From Nemertoderma westbladi (taxonomy: Eukaryota > Animalia > Xenacoelomorpha), in NCBI GenBank assembly GCA_032718475.1, contig JAUCBJ010009084.1:4645-68644 (forward strand): DNA of 64,000 nt, written 5' to 3'. This document shows, piece by piece, positions 1-13,400 of the stretch (its first letter is position 1; each line of letters starts with the position of its first letter). Below the pieces are notes generated by a model. It ran no database searches, was not told the DNA's origin, and saw nothing but the letters and a program-made list of their open reading frames with translations. Both the position numbers and the translations under genes were made by a program.

Positions 1-1228
1 TGTTTAGTCCTCTCTGCGTAGGAAAAAATGAAAAAAACAAGTAACCAGCACTTTTCAGTTAGAACACAAAATTTTTAATTCACTTATACGATGCTATAAA
101 TTCACATTTTCAGGTTTTCGAGGGCGTTGATTCTAATGGAATATATTTCTAATATGCCAGATCATTGCTACTTGTATTTTTCGGCGCAATTTGGCAATTT
201 TTGGTGCTAGCACCAAATTTCGTACCCATCACCAAAAAGTACAAGTTTGCGATGTCCAGTGCTGTTTTTATGGATTCCATCGGATTCAGGACCCTCATAA
301 ACCCGTATAACGCAAGAAACAAGGTGATACTATCTCCTGATCAATTTGCATATTTTCCAAAATTTGGTGCTGGCACAACAATTTTCACCCACTGGCGAAA
401 AATACAAGTTTGAGAACTCTTATGAAATTTTTACTGATTCCATTGAATTCAGAACCATCACAAACACGTATAACGCAAGAAACAAGGTGACACAATCAAT
501 TGATATATTTGATGGTTTTCAAAATTTGGTGCTAGCACCACATTTTGCACCCATATCCGAAAAATACAAGTTTGAGATGTCTAGTTCGATAATTATATAT
601 TCCATTGAATTCAGAACAGCCATAAACCTCTAAAACGCAATAAATAAATTGTCACAAGCAATTTTATCTATTGAATGAATTTTCAAAATTTCGTGCTAGC
701 ACCAAAATTTGCACACAGCACCGAAAAATACAAGTTTGATACGCTTGGTGCAACTCGTATATATTTCATCGAATCCAAAACCCCAAAAAACCCCAATTGC
801 GTAAAAAACAAGTTTCAAACAATCAATTTACAAAATTTACATAATTCAAAATTTGGTGCTGGCACCAAAATTAGGCACCCACCGAAAAAAACAAGTTTGA
901 AATTTCTAAATCAATTTATATGAATTCCATCCAATTTCTAACACCAAAAAACCGGTGTAAATAAAAAAGAGATGTTACAATTCATATTTAATGAAATGTA
1001 ATTTTCAAAAAACGTCTCAAAAAAAGTGCCAAAAGTAGGGTTAAAAAATGGTGCTATAACTCGAAAAGTACCCAATATTTTTGAAAACGGTTTTCACTAC
1101 TAGGAAGACAATAGATTTTTAGGAAAAGTCATAAAATTTCAGATTCCCAACTGCGTTTGTTTCAGAATTATAATAAAAAAACCACGGGGGGGGTCATATT
1201 GACCCCCCCCCCCCCGGGTTTAATAGGG
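1..1228. mobile_element. Right end of a non-autonomous piggyBac-like (TTAA) DNA transposon; left end lies outside the window
   Basis: Ends ...AATAGGG followed by TTAA (1229-1232). There is a subterminal palindrome GGGGGGGGTCATATTGACCCCCCCC. LTR-element sequence resumes immediately after the TTAA. Confidence 0.6.
190..960. repeat. Degenerate ~163-bp tandem repeat (about 5 units) with palindromic core TTTGGTGCTAGCACCAAA
   Basis: The core recurs at about 202, 365, 527, 691 and 854, each followed by an AAAATACAAGTTTG-like motif. Confidence 0.8.
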
Positions 1229-3150
1229 TTAAGGTAATAATTTAGAGTACCGTACACTATTCACGCTGGGCGGTTATTTGAATTAGCGGACAAAATTCAC
1301 ATCGTAGTATACAGTACGCAGCGCGCATCAGTAAATTGCTGGCCTAAAGCCAGCCGCAGATAAGTTTGAGTCCCGAAATAATTACCGTACCGATTTTCGA
1401 TTATTTTAAATATTCTCACATTCACACATTCCGTTAGGGAACCCCAGTATTGCGATTAGACGTGATTAGAAAAGACGTAGTTGTAAGCACAATTTTACAG
1501 TAATATTAGGCTATAAAATACACTCTGAGTGTCAAATCTCTCACACTCGTTTTAAGTCAGCTTAGGGAGCCGATTCGGGTTTATTGTTTTGGTTATTCCC
1601 GCGTGGCTCATATATTCGAACAGTTAGCTCTCTATCGAGTAATCGGTAGAGAAAGGAATGAGAATTTAGTAGGAGCCGTAGAAATTTAGGAAATATATTA
1701 GCGGACGGCAGATTAGCGCCATCCAACGGTAAGTAGTGGTTTTCCGTATCTGAAACCCTATATTAGTAATTATACGCTCCTGATTGCCCCGTCTAGTAAA
1801 TAGAGCAGTTTGTGTCTTTATTGGTTAGGCTGGGGTAGTTCGTTTAACAGTAAAGGACGGTATTATTTTATTGCACACAGCAACAGTATTATTTACTGTT
1901 ACTTCGTAACAGTAAAGGACGTGATATTGGCTGTTGCTTGCAGCAGTAAAGAGTGTATTCAGCATTAGATTACTGTATTATTTACTGATACTTCGCAACA
2001 GTAAAGGATGTTTTTTGTTTTGCTGTACTGCGTACAGTAAAGTACGAATTAGATTACTGTATTAGGCACTGTCTGACTGTACTGCGTACAGTAGAACATA
2101 GAGTGTATTCTTAGGCTGTTAGTTTAGATTACTGTATTCACTGGTTGCATACAATAGTACAGTAGTACATTAGGCTGATTGCTGTTACTGCATACAAGTA
2201 GAAAATACATTTGTTTTGCTGTACCGCACACAGTATTCATTAGGCTGTTAGGTTGGTGTACTGTTTTACTTACTGTACTGCGTACAGTGGATATGCGGTA
2301 GTGCTTTTACAAATCACAAATACAGCGGTTCCTTAGGCCGTTAGGGCAGGCCGTAATTAGTAAGTTTTTGAAAATTTTAGCTAGGTTTGTGAGAATACAG
2401 TTTTGGTAAAAATTATTTTGTAATCAAATCTAGAGTTTTGTACCGGTATGTTGGATAACCGCTTAGTTATTTTATACCATCTGGAGATACATGGCAAGAC
2501 GGAGCTTCTGAGTTTGGGGTTCGTGTGGGTCTGCGGGTTCGGTTTGCAATCAGTGAAAGGACTGAAACTTTGGACGCGGACGTGGAATCTCACAGCAAAC
2601 AAGGTTAGTTGTTCTGTTGGCACCATTGTGTTTGTGGAAGCAGTAAAAAATTATCGGTTGTTTAACTGCGAAGCTGAACTCAATTTATTAGTTAGGATAT
2701 TTAGGTTTAGCCGACCATGGGTTTTTGAATCGCTCGAGTTAGAGAGAGAGAGAGAGGGTCGTAACCCGAAGATGTAGCCATGCGCTAGTGGATACATATA
2801 ATATTTGAAATTAAAATTGCGTTGATTAGAGTTATCTATGTAAAATTAGAAATATTCGGGTGGCAGGTATATTTTGAATATTTTGTATTAGATTCAAAAA
2901 ATTATTTGTGTCATACCAATATTTAAATACTATATAATAACTATAAATTAATATTTTGTTTAAATATTGTACTGGTATTTGCTAAAATTAGATCCTATTA
3001 AATTCACAATATTGCATTGCAAATTTATTTTGACATTTTGGACAAATTGATTATTTGACAATAATTTAATCGTATTTTCGGTTAAATTATATATATATCT
3101 CGAACTTTTGCGAGATATATTTTTGCCGGAAGGCAAATATTATTAAGACT

Positions 3151-5095
3151 ATGAGTGTCTCAGAGAAGGAGGCACTAGAGGACAGCTATGAGACGGCGGC
3201 AGGACCGCCGACTGACGATAGCGTTAATATTACTGTTGACGACAATGCCGACTATGACGACGCAGCGAGTGACGCTGACGTAAGCGAACAGGAGGACGAG
3301 ACAGTAACCAGTGAGGAAGAACAGCAACCTCAGGTAATAGTATTAGGATCCCCTACCGCTACTGTAAGGAAGGATTGTACAGCAACCCAACCAGAGGTGA
3401 GTGATAGGGAGGGTAGTGTAGCAGAAGCGAGAGCCCGGAGCCCGGTTTCCAGACCTGTGGGTATGGTAAGTGCCGTGGTCCCAGTGGCTAAAAGGAGTAC
3501 CCGTAGTTCCCGAAATAATCCTTCAAGTCCACTAAGTGTTAGTCAGGTAAGCGAAAGTGAACTAGACATCGCGATAAAGAAGAAACTTCGCGCGCATGCC
3601 GGACATATAACCCGTACGGCGGACAAGGTAAGGAAGATGTTAGCCGACTCAGCGAACATCGGAAGGGAAGGGTTAGTAGAGATTAGAAGAGGATACAACT
3701 CAGCGTTATTCAAACAAACGGAGGAGCTTGCAGTCCTAGCAAAGAAGGCAGTAGAGTCTCAGTCGAGCGACGTGGCGACGAGGATTTACGACAGGGTTTT
3801 AGCAGCCTTGTTGGAGCACCGCGCGTTATCGGAGCCATTTCGACGAGTTAGGACGGAGAACTGGCTGCTATGGGCATCACAAGCGCAGGCGACTCAGGTG
3901 AGTGACACAGAGTTGAGAGATTTAGTGGAGCGGGAAGAAACGCAAGATAAGGAGGAGCGCCGTTATCAGCGGGAAGTTACCAGCTGGCTGATGCAGAGTG
4001 GAGTGGTGGTACCGGGCCAGGTGCTACCGATGACGGAGAACATTCAACAGAGAACGTTAACTCCACCCGATGATGCATCTAGAAACAGTGGCGATTCCCA
4101 GGTTAGTCACGCGCGAGGTAAAGTTATATGTGCTAGATCCCTTGTTTCTCACAACTCGGCGGAGGAGAGAAGACGCCGACTGGACGAACAGCAGGTGGAA
4201 GTTTTGCGTGCATCGGAAGCACGGAAGGAAGCCGAGCGGGAATGGGAGTGCACACGTAAGTTAGACGCGAAGTTGCGAGAGTTGGAAGATAAAGGTAAGT
4301 GTGAGGGATAGGAAGATGGAGACCGAGAAGGGGATGCGAATGATCGAAGAATGTGGGGCGAGTGTAGGGACTGAGTTGCGAGAACTGTTTGCACTGCAGA
4401 AGGCCGAACAGGAAGCGAGAACTCCGACCATACGCGAGTCGACGATGACCATAATTCCTATACCCGGTCCAGCTATTACGAGTACACGGATCGCTAAACC
4501 GTTCTCTACATATCGCACGCCAGTTGGTATTAGTGCTTCACCTATCACGCAGAATCCAGCGCATCATCGCACCGCACCACTATACACGGAATGCGAGAAC
4601 GAAGAGTTTAGAGAAACTCCGACGGGCCGAGTATTTGGCGAACCGAACCCGCGGGTTTGGAATACGTGGACGGAGCGCCGACCCAGTTCGACGGAGAACT
4701 TCCGGGTTAAACCGGAAGAGGGATCATATGAGAGACAGCGGATTACTCAGATAGAGCCGACTATACAACAGAACCCTAGCCAGGAATTTATTACGAGGGA
4801 TGAGTTGAGTGCTAGTTTAGCGCAAGCTATATCGCCGCACATCCAACCTATAACGGACATGCTTAGCAACCTACGGTTAAAGGAAGCAGCCCAGGTAAGA
4901 AGTAATTCTAATCCTAGCAGGCCTGAGTTAGATAAAGTCCAGCCTAGTCAACGAGTACGCATATCGGAGGCAACTATACCACATAGACCTCATGTAAGGA
5001 CGCCTGTCCCGAATATCCATAATCCCGATTTCGAAAATTCGGCTGAGAAATTTATACAAGACGCTTGGATGCCTAAGGAGGTGAGGTCTCTATAA
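3151..5095 (+). pseudogene. N-terminal gag region of element A (acidic and coiled-coil), split into two ORFs
   Basis: ORFs 3151-4311 and 4301-5095 lie upstream of the gag core. The start context TAAGACTATGAGT resembles element D TAAGACATGAGT. Confidence 0.7.
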
Positions 5096-5096
5096 G

Positions 5097-6266
5097 TGTG
5101 TCCAAAACAGGCGGCGGCGGACTCGTGAGGGTCTGGGGACACGTTAAATCTAAATGCGTCTTGTATAGTGCAAGGGAGTCACTGAAGGCCCTCGTGTCTA
5201 ACGAACCATGAATTGCCATGGTGCCGTGGTAACGTCTAGTCGGCCTGTTGCCGTACTGCCAGTCCTGTACACAGTAGGGGTGGTGGCATGGCGTGATTTG
5301 TGGTTCATATGGTGTGAACTGTGATTTGTATGTGGGCGACCAGTGGCAGTTAGCTTTGGGGCTTGGATGTGTGCCATTGACCGTCAGCTGTTCCGTTTTT
5401 TTGATACTATATGTTATTGTCTCCATGTTCAGCTGATTGGTCTTTGGGGTGTGTTTAGGTCTGAGATGAGCTTTCTGTTGCTGTGGGTATGTGAGTACAC
5501 GTGATTGTATGTATGGCCACTGTGAGTGAGTGTGGGAAACCTTGCCGGTTGAGCCAGACGCCGCTGGTATTAGTAGGAACATACTTTACTGCGCCCCAGC
5601 ATGCTTTGTACACACAAGTTATTTTGCCCTGACGGTAAAATAAAGTACTCTCGACTATCTCTTTCGCGATGTCTCTAGTCGATACAACTAGTCCCTCCTG
5701 ATTTTGACCCCGATTTTGTCTTTCCCGATTATGTCCTCTGTGTGTGCATGGTATGTGTCAGATTTTGTGTTTACCGTAGTGTACTTGATATTGTGAACAT
5801 CTGTTGAGTACACGTGTATAGGACTGGTAAGTGGTTACTTGTTCCTAGCTTTCGAGCTAGTCAGTATTGCTTGCGGAACTTACTTCCCCTCAATACTGCT
5901 GGCGAGGCGGGTGAAAACGTGTCAATATTCCATGTTGGGTAGCGCAAGCCCACATGGGACAAGACCGTCGGTTAGGCCCAAGGGCGACCTTGGTGCTCGA
6001 TCGTTATCGACTGGTCCACCCGCCGGTTGACTCTCTGAGTTGGCTCAATGTACAGTCAGGCCACAGTAAGTTGACAGTAGCCGCCCATCTGGCTACACGT
6101 TCGACGAGCTGTGCCGGTGTGATCGGGGGACTGAAAACAGAACCCGGGAAGCATCGGGCCACCCTCCGGCCCGGTCTGATAATAACATCAGTCAGGCTGG
6201 CCCCAGGGGTGGTGGGACAGTGTCCGCCTCATGGGTGCGCCTCTGGGAGGAGCCCAGAAGGACACA
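5097..6266. mobile_element. Solo-LTR-like insertion (~1.17 kb) in gag of element A
   Basis: Termini TGTGTCC...GGACACA form a 7-bp TG..CA inverted repeat. Composition changes abruptly, an internal AATAAA lies near 5639, and gag-like coding resumes after it. Only AG/AAG is duplicated at the flanks. Confidence 0.55.
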
Positions 6267-7502
6267 AGCGCAGGGCCTCGGCGCATAAACCATCGCGAGC
6301 GCTAAGGACTGACACAGAATCGAGTGATGAAGAGGAAGACATGAGACGTCAGAAGTCCCGAAACTATAAGGAAAGAAGGACGGACGCGGAGCAGGTAAGT
6401 CTCAATCCCCGGGAAAGGACCAGACTTAACAACCCTGCAGAACTAAACCATTTGTTAACCCGGAACGACGCAACCCTTAGGGACATAGGTAAGTTTGCTG
6501 CTAGGCAAGGACTGCCGACGCAACAACCCCAGAAGTTTATGGGTAACCACAAGCACTGGAGGACTTTCAAAACCTATGTCGACGAGCAGCTAACCAACAG
6601 CACCTTTACTCCCAACGAGAAGTTCAACTATTTGCTTTAGATGCTCCATCGAGAACCTAGAGCCATTGCTGACAACTTCGTCGGCAATGAAAGAGCATTC
6701 GAGTTGGCAATGAAGATGCTTAGTGACATCTACGGGAATAAAACCAAGATGGCACAGTCGATAGTGGAAGACTTGGGTAAGGGCGGAAGGATTACAACTC
6801 CGTTAGAGCTGTTGAACTTAGCGAACGCTATTTCGAACGCATTGGACATCTTGAGGACGGTGAATCTACCTCATCCATCATGGTGATCACGCCGAAGTTT
6901 TGAAAAGCGTAATAAGACGTTTAAACATGCGTTACAGACAGAAATGGCGCAAATTAGAGAAGAAGTTGGAGGGTCAAGGTAAGGTGTTGACACTTCAGCA
7001 TATTCATGACATGATAGCCACAGACGCAGTAGCAGAGATGAAATCGAACTTCTCAGAAGAGAATATGAGAGAGTCTAAACCTGTTACCGGTAAGTCTATG
7101 GTAAGTTTTGACGATGACAGGACCACTGTGACATTTAACTTAGTAGACAGATATAATTCGAGTACCCCAGCCTTTAGATCAGACTCGCGAGTATGGTCAG
7201 GTGAGCGGTTAGATAGACCTAGGTTGAAGCAACAGGAGTTGCCGGATGGATTTGTAGGTTGCCAATACTGTTTACCCAAAGGAGGTAAGATCTGACGACC
7301 ATAATTTGGATAGTTGCAGACGGTTCAAAGAATTAAATTCGGAACAGAGAAGCGCGGACGTTGGACACCTGTTGGGCATGTCTTGCGCCAGGTCATGTAC
7401 GGCGGCAGTGCCCGAACAGCAAGGACAGATGCATGGAATGTGGCAGACTACATCACAAGTTGCTACATGCGGATTTCCACAACCCAACGGACCGTTACTT
7501 AC
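6267..7502 (+). pseudogene. Gag core (DUF1759-like) and zinc-knuckle region of element A
   Basis: Motifs QQPQKFMGN..W..F, EKFNYL, GCQYC and HHKLLH are present with in-frame stops and frameshifts. The region is homologous to 48947-50000 of element D. Confidence 0.85.
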
Positions 7503-8776
7503 GGATGTAGGACAATTCGGTCCCGGACAATTCGGTCCCGGACAATTCGGTCCCGGACAATTCGGTCCGGACAATTCGGTCCCGGACAATTCGGTCCCGG
7601 ACAATTCGGTCCCAAAACACTAAATAAATGGGACCGAATTGTCCGGGACCGAATTGTCCGGGACCGAATTGTCATAGGACCGAATTGTCCTAGGACCGAA
7701 TTGTCCAGGACCGAATTGTCCGGGACCGAATTGTCCGGGACCGAATTGTCCGGGACCGAATTGTCTGGGACCGAATTGTCCGGGACCGAATTGTCCGGGA
7801 CCGAATTGTCCGGGACCAAATTGTCCGGTTCCTAATAGCAACGAATGTTGAAGTGAATGTTCTAAAACATTAGTAGATATATTTGTTATGCTAGCTAGTG
7901 TTATTTACTAGATATAATTTTTTGAAATTTCAAAATACTGTATTTTTTTTTATTTTTGTTATTGGTAGTGTTCGAGAACATTATTATATATTATTTATTA
8001 AGGTGTAGCTAGTGTTTTTTTTTTAACAGCTAACATTTCCTTGAAATTATAAAAAAACTTGTGAATACATTGATATTTCAGTATTAGGCCTAAACTGTTG
8101 CTGATTATATTAATTACCCACAATATTGATGATATTATAACAGTCCCTGAATGAGATCCAGCTATTATCTAGGATAATAATTTAGGCTTGTTAACCAACC
8201 AACAACACATACATACATACGCAATAAATAAAAAAAATCAGTTTTAAAAATAAACATTTTAAATACATACTATTACTAGCTTGTAAATGATTCACAAGCT
8301 CCATAAAAACACTATGGTGTTTTTATGGAGGCTACCATAAATAATAATGTTAACAAAAAAAAGTAAATTTTTTTTATTTTTAAAAAAATGCTAGCTAGTA
8401 AAAAAAAACACTAGCTACCATATAATAATATATATTAAGGTTCTAGAACATTCACCATTATATAATACCAATTAAATTTGGTCCTGGACAATTCGGTCCT
8501 GGACAATTCGGTCCCGGACAATTCGGTCCCGGACAATTCGGTCCCAGACAATTCGGTCCCGGACAATTCGGTCCCGGACAATTCGGTCCCATTAATATGC
8601 ATGTTTTGGGACCGAATTGTCCTAGTCAGTATCCGGACAATTCGGTCCCGGACAATTCGGTCCCGGACAATTCGGTCCCAAAACACAAAATTAATGGGAC
8701 CGAATTGTCCGGGACCGAATTGTCCAGGACCGAATTGTCTGGACCGAATTGTCCGGGACCGAATTGTCCTGCTTCT
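7503..8776. mobile_element. Non-autonomous Mutator/foldback-like element with 15-bp subterminal repeats
   Basis: 9-bp TSD GTTACTTAC at 7494-7502 and 8777-8785. Imperfect TIRs GGATGTAGGACAATTCGGTCC / GGACCGAATTGTCCTGCTTCT. Arrays of GGACAATTCGGTCCC occur in both orientations around an AT-rich core. Excision restores HHKLLHADFHNPTDRYLQRNPH. Confidence 0.9.
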
Positions 8777-10420
8777 GTTACTTACAGCGAAATCCTCACA
8801 GGAAGGGGAGCAAAGAACCCGTATTGATAAGAAGGAATACGTATACCGGCATTCAAGACGATGGTTACCAACCAGGTTCGTCGGACGAGGATGGCGAGTT
8901 GAGCGCAAGAGAGGTGACCTGCCAAGGTTTCACCGCGGATAGTTCATCGACCAGCGCGCAGACGTATTTATCATCGGCCACATCGGAGATATTTAGCGTG
9001 ATTCCGGTGAAACTCACTGGCGATAAAGGATCGAAGCGAATATATGTGATGTTGGACACTGCGTCCACATTATCGTATATCGACGAGGAAGTGGCGAGAG
9101 CCGTTTCTAGCTTCCAGGACGCCGAGGAAATCCAAATAGAGTTGAAGTCTATGCATGGAGTAGGAGACCTCAAGGGACACATAATTTCGGTGGAACTAGA
9201 CTCCCTACTTCCAAGAGACCAACATACTCGACAAGAACGGAAAGCTTTGCCATTGGACGGATTTAAGTGTCTAGCTATGAAGGGGTTCGGCAGGCAGTTA
9301 GGTAAGGTGCCGCCGATGAGTCCCATAGCACAGGAGTATTTTGACAAGCTCAGGATACCGAGACACCAGGTAGGATATAGGAATGTTTCTATGTTGATTG
9401 GTGCAGAACAGCTGATCGCACACCAAATATGGGAAACGAGACCAGCTGAGCCGCATGTCAATGGACCACATGCCCATAGGACTATATTATGTTGGTATAC
9501 AAGAGTACCCATGTCTTATGAATTTACAGGTGGCGACAAACCAATAGACAGATATGACGAATTACAGCCTATAACTCAACCACCGTTAGTAGAACCACCA
9601 GACATAGACGAGTTTAGGAGAACCTGTATTGACCACTATAGTGACTTTAGCGAGTCGGACGAGGAGTTGATTCCCGATAATGTTAGGTTGTCGGAACCAC
9701 TTCATAACGACCGGACAGATAGTGAACCCGAGGACTACTGTTATCAGACCAGTGGGTCTGGTTCAGCGACCCACGCTACCTATTTGAGTAACGTTTTGAC
9801 TTATGCCAACATAGTGGAGGGTCAAGTGGCTAAATATCGAGACCTCAACATTTTCCAATACAGTGAGGAGGAATTACAGAAGGAATTGATACGCCAGGAC
9901 CTCGAGACAGGAGCTAGAACCGTCGAATGGCTGGATAGGGACGCAATGGAACCCGGTGGGTATGACCTAGCCATGTCCTCTGATGAGAAACGGTCGCTGG
10001 AGATGATGGAAGATACCATACGTCTACTACCGACTGGACATTTTGAAGTTGGAATGTTGTGGCATCGACAACCTCCTAAATTGGAGAACAACTACACTTT
10101 AGCCTTGAAAAGATTGAACGGAGTAAGGGCTCGGTTGTTAAGGAATCCGGACATTAGGGAGAAGTATTGCGCCCAGATCAACAACTATTTCACCAAGGGA
10201 TTTGCTGGGAAGGTAGAGGACCCTGACTTAGTGACAGACCAGACTTATTACCTCCCACACCACTATATGACTCACCCTGACAAGCCAGACAAAGTCTGAG
10301 TAGTCAACGACTGTGCAGCAGTCTATAGAGGTATGTCCCTGAATTCAGAGTTGATGGATGGTCCCAACCTGAATAATTATTTGATAGGAATATTGTTGCG
10401 TTTTAGACAGCGGCGATTCG
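8777..10420 (+). pseudogene. Pol N-terminus of element A: aspartic protease and start of Pao reverse transcriptase
   Basis: Motifs SVIPVKL, MLDTAS, MLIG, GHFEVGMLW, NNY.LALKRL and YYLPHH. A TGA at 10297 falls in the KVRVV motif. The sequence breaks into satellite at ~10421. Confidence 0.9.
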
Positions 10421-13400
10421 AGAACACAACAATATTAACAGGGAGATAGGCTACTTATCTCTTCACTCTGAGAGCCTCAAAAAGGGGGTGTTCCGACGCA
10501 ATCAAATTTCATCCATCTCCTGGGGAAAGACGAAGCAAATAACAGCTGATTACTTCTATAAATGAAAGTGTTGCCTGTTCTTATGACTTTCATTTAAGAT
10601 TCTCTATCTCGTGGAGTGGGTTAGAAGTTATAAATATGAAAATCTATGTGGTTTTTGAAAAAAATCAAAGGAGATTTTGATAAATTATTGCTGAAAAACC
10701 CCAATGATTTTGACATGGCTTTAATACTCATTATATTCATGAAATAGCTGAGAAATTTGAGGTGAATTATTGTATCACATATTAACTTCGGCTCCAGCCG
10801 CTTTGGCAATTCGATGAAACTATAATAAATATTCTAGAACACAACAATATTAACAGGGGGATAGGCTACTTATCTCTTCACTCTGAGAGCCTCAAAAAGG
10901 AGGTGTTCCGACGCAATCAAATTTCATCCATCTCCTGGGGAAAGACGAAGCAAATAACAGCTGATTACTTCTATAAATGAAAGTGTTACCTGTTCTTATG
11001 ACTTTCGTTTAAGATTCTCTATCTCGTGGAGTGGGTTAGAAGTTATAAATATGAAAATCGATGTGGTTTTTGAAAAAAATCAGAGGAAATTTTAATAAAT
11101 TATTGCTTAAAAACCCCAATTATTTTGACATGGCTTTAATACTTCATTATGTTCATGAAAAAACTTAGATATTTGAGGTGAATTATTGTGTTACATAACA
11201 ACTTTAACTCCAGCCACATTAGCAATACGATGAAACTATAATAAATATTCTACAACAGAACAATATTAACAGGGAAATAGGCTACTTATCTCTTCACTCT
11301 TAGAGCCTCGAAAAGCGGGTGTTCCGACGCAATCAAAATTCATCCATCTCCTGGGGAAAGGCGAAGCAAAGAATAGCTGATTACTTCTATAAATGTAAGT
11401 GTTACCTGTTCTTTTGACTTTCGTTTAAGATTGTCTAATGTCAAAAAGCGGGTGTTCCGACGCAATCAAAATTCATCCATCTCCTGGGGAAAGGCGAAGC
11501 AAAGAATAGCTGATTACTTCAATAAATGTAAGTGTTACCTGTTCTTTTGACTTTCGTTTAAGATTGTCTAATGTCTATCTCTTGGAGTGGGTTAGAAGTC
11601 ATGAATATGAAAATCGATGTCGTTTTTTGTAAAAAATCAGAGGAGATTTTAATAAATTATTGCTGAAAAACACCAAGGATTTTTACAAGGATTTAATACT
11701 CATTATATTCATGAAATAGTTGAGATATTTGAGGTGAATTATTGCATTACATATTAACTTTGGCTCCAGCCGCTTTGGCAATACGATGAAACTATAATAA
11801 ATATTCTACAACACAACAATATTAACAGGGAGATAGGCTACTTATCTCTCCACTCTGAGAGCCCCAAAAAGGGGGTGTTCCGACGCAATCAAAATTCATC
11901 CATCTCCTGGGGAAAGACGAAGCAAATAACAGCTGAATACTTCTATAAATAAAAGTGTTACCTGTTCTTATGACTTTCGTTTAAGATTCTCTATCTCGTG
12001 GAGTGGGTTAGAAGTTATAAATATGAAAATCGATGTGGTTTTTGAAAAAAAATCAGAGGATATTTTAATAAATTATTGCTGAAAAACCCCAAGGATTTTG
12101 ACATGGCTTTAATACTCATTATATTCATGAAATAGCTGAGAAATTTGAGGTGAATTATTGTATCACATATTAACTTCGGCTCCAGCCGCTTTGGCAATAC
12201 AATGAAACTATAATAAATATTCTAGAACACAACAATATTAACAGGGAGATAGGCTACTTATCTCTTCACTCTGAGAGCCTCAAAAAGGGGGTGTTCCGAC
12301 GCAATCAAAATTCATCCATCTCCTGGGGAAAGACGAAGCAATACGATGAAACTATAATAAATATTCTAGAACACAACAATATTAACAGGGAGATAGGCTA
12401 CTTATCTCTCCACTCTGAGAGCCTCAAAAAGGGGACGTTCCGACGCAATCAAAATTCATCCATCTCCTGGGGAAAGACGAAGCAAATATCAGCTGATTAC
12501 TTCTATAAATGAAAGTGTTGCCTGTTCTTATGACTTTCGTTTAAGATTCTCCATCTTATGGAGTGGGTTAGCAGTTATAAATATGAAAATCGATGTGGTT
12601 TTTGAAAAAAATCAGAGGATATTTTGATAAATTATTTCTGAAAAACCCCAAGGATTTTGACATGGCTTTAATACTCATTATATTCATGAAATAGCTGAGA
12701 AATTTGAGGTGAATTATTGCATCACATATTAACTTCGGCTCCAGCCGCTTTGGCAATACAATGAAACTATAATAAATATTCTAGAACACAACAATATTAA
12801 CAGGGAGATAGGCTACTTATCTCTTCACTCTGAGAGCATCAAAAAGGGGGTGTTCCGACGCAATCAAAATTCATCCATCTGCAGGGGAAAGACGAAGCAA
12901 ATAACAGCTGATTACTTCTATAAATGAAAGTGTTACCTGTTCTTATGACTTTCGTTTAAGATTCTCTATCTCGTGGAGTTGGTTAGAAGTTATAAATATG
13001 AAAATCGATGTGGTTTTTTAAAAAAAATCAGAGGATATTTTGATAAATTATTGCTGAAAAACCCCAAGGATTTTGACATGGCTTTAATACTTCATTATGT
13101 TCATGAAAAAACTGAGATATTTGAGGTGAATAATTGCATTACATAATAACTTTAACTCCAGCCACATTAGCAATACGATGAAACTATAATAAATATTCTA
13201 GAACACAACAATATTAACATGGAGATAGGCTACTTATCTCTCCACTCTGGGAGCCTCAAAAAGGGGGTGTTCCGAAGCAATCAAAATTCATCCATCTCCT
13301 AAGGAAAGACGAAGCAAATAACAGCTGATTACTTCTATAAATGTAAGTGTTACCTTTTCTTATGACTTTCGTTTAACCCTATTCCACCTGGGGTTGGGCA

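Larger units (their letters stand above)
1233..10420 (+). mobile_element. BEL/Pao LTR retrotransposon copy A, degenerate, truncated within RT by satellite
   Basis: Long leader, then gag with DUF1759-like core, Cys/His knuckles ending HHKLLH, aspartic protease MLDTAS, and Pao RT start YYLPHH...KV*VVNDCAA...GPNL...ILLRFRQ. Confidence 0.9.

Noticed and set aside
7510-8770. CRISPR-like short repeat arrays and the repetitive ORFs (GQFGP, ELSGT, TIRSR) they generate
   Set aside because: The repeats are contiguous with no unique spacers and no cas genes. They are the subterminal repeats of a TSD-flanked transposon.
10538-10575. Possible hammerhead ribozyme core (CTGATTA...GAAA) in the satellite monomer
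   Set aside because: It deviates from CUGAnGA, no convincing stems are visible, and GAAA is GTAA in many monomers.
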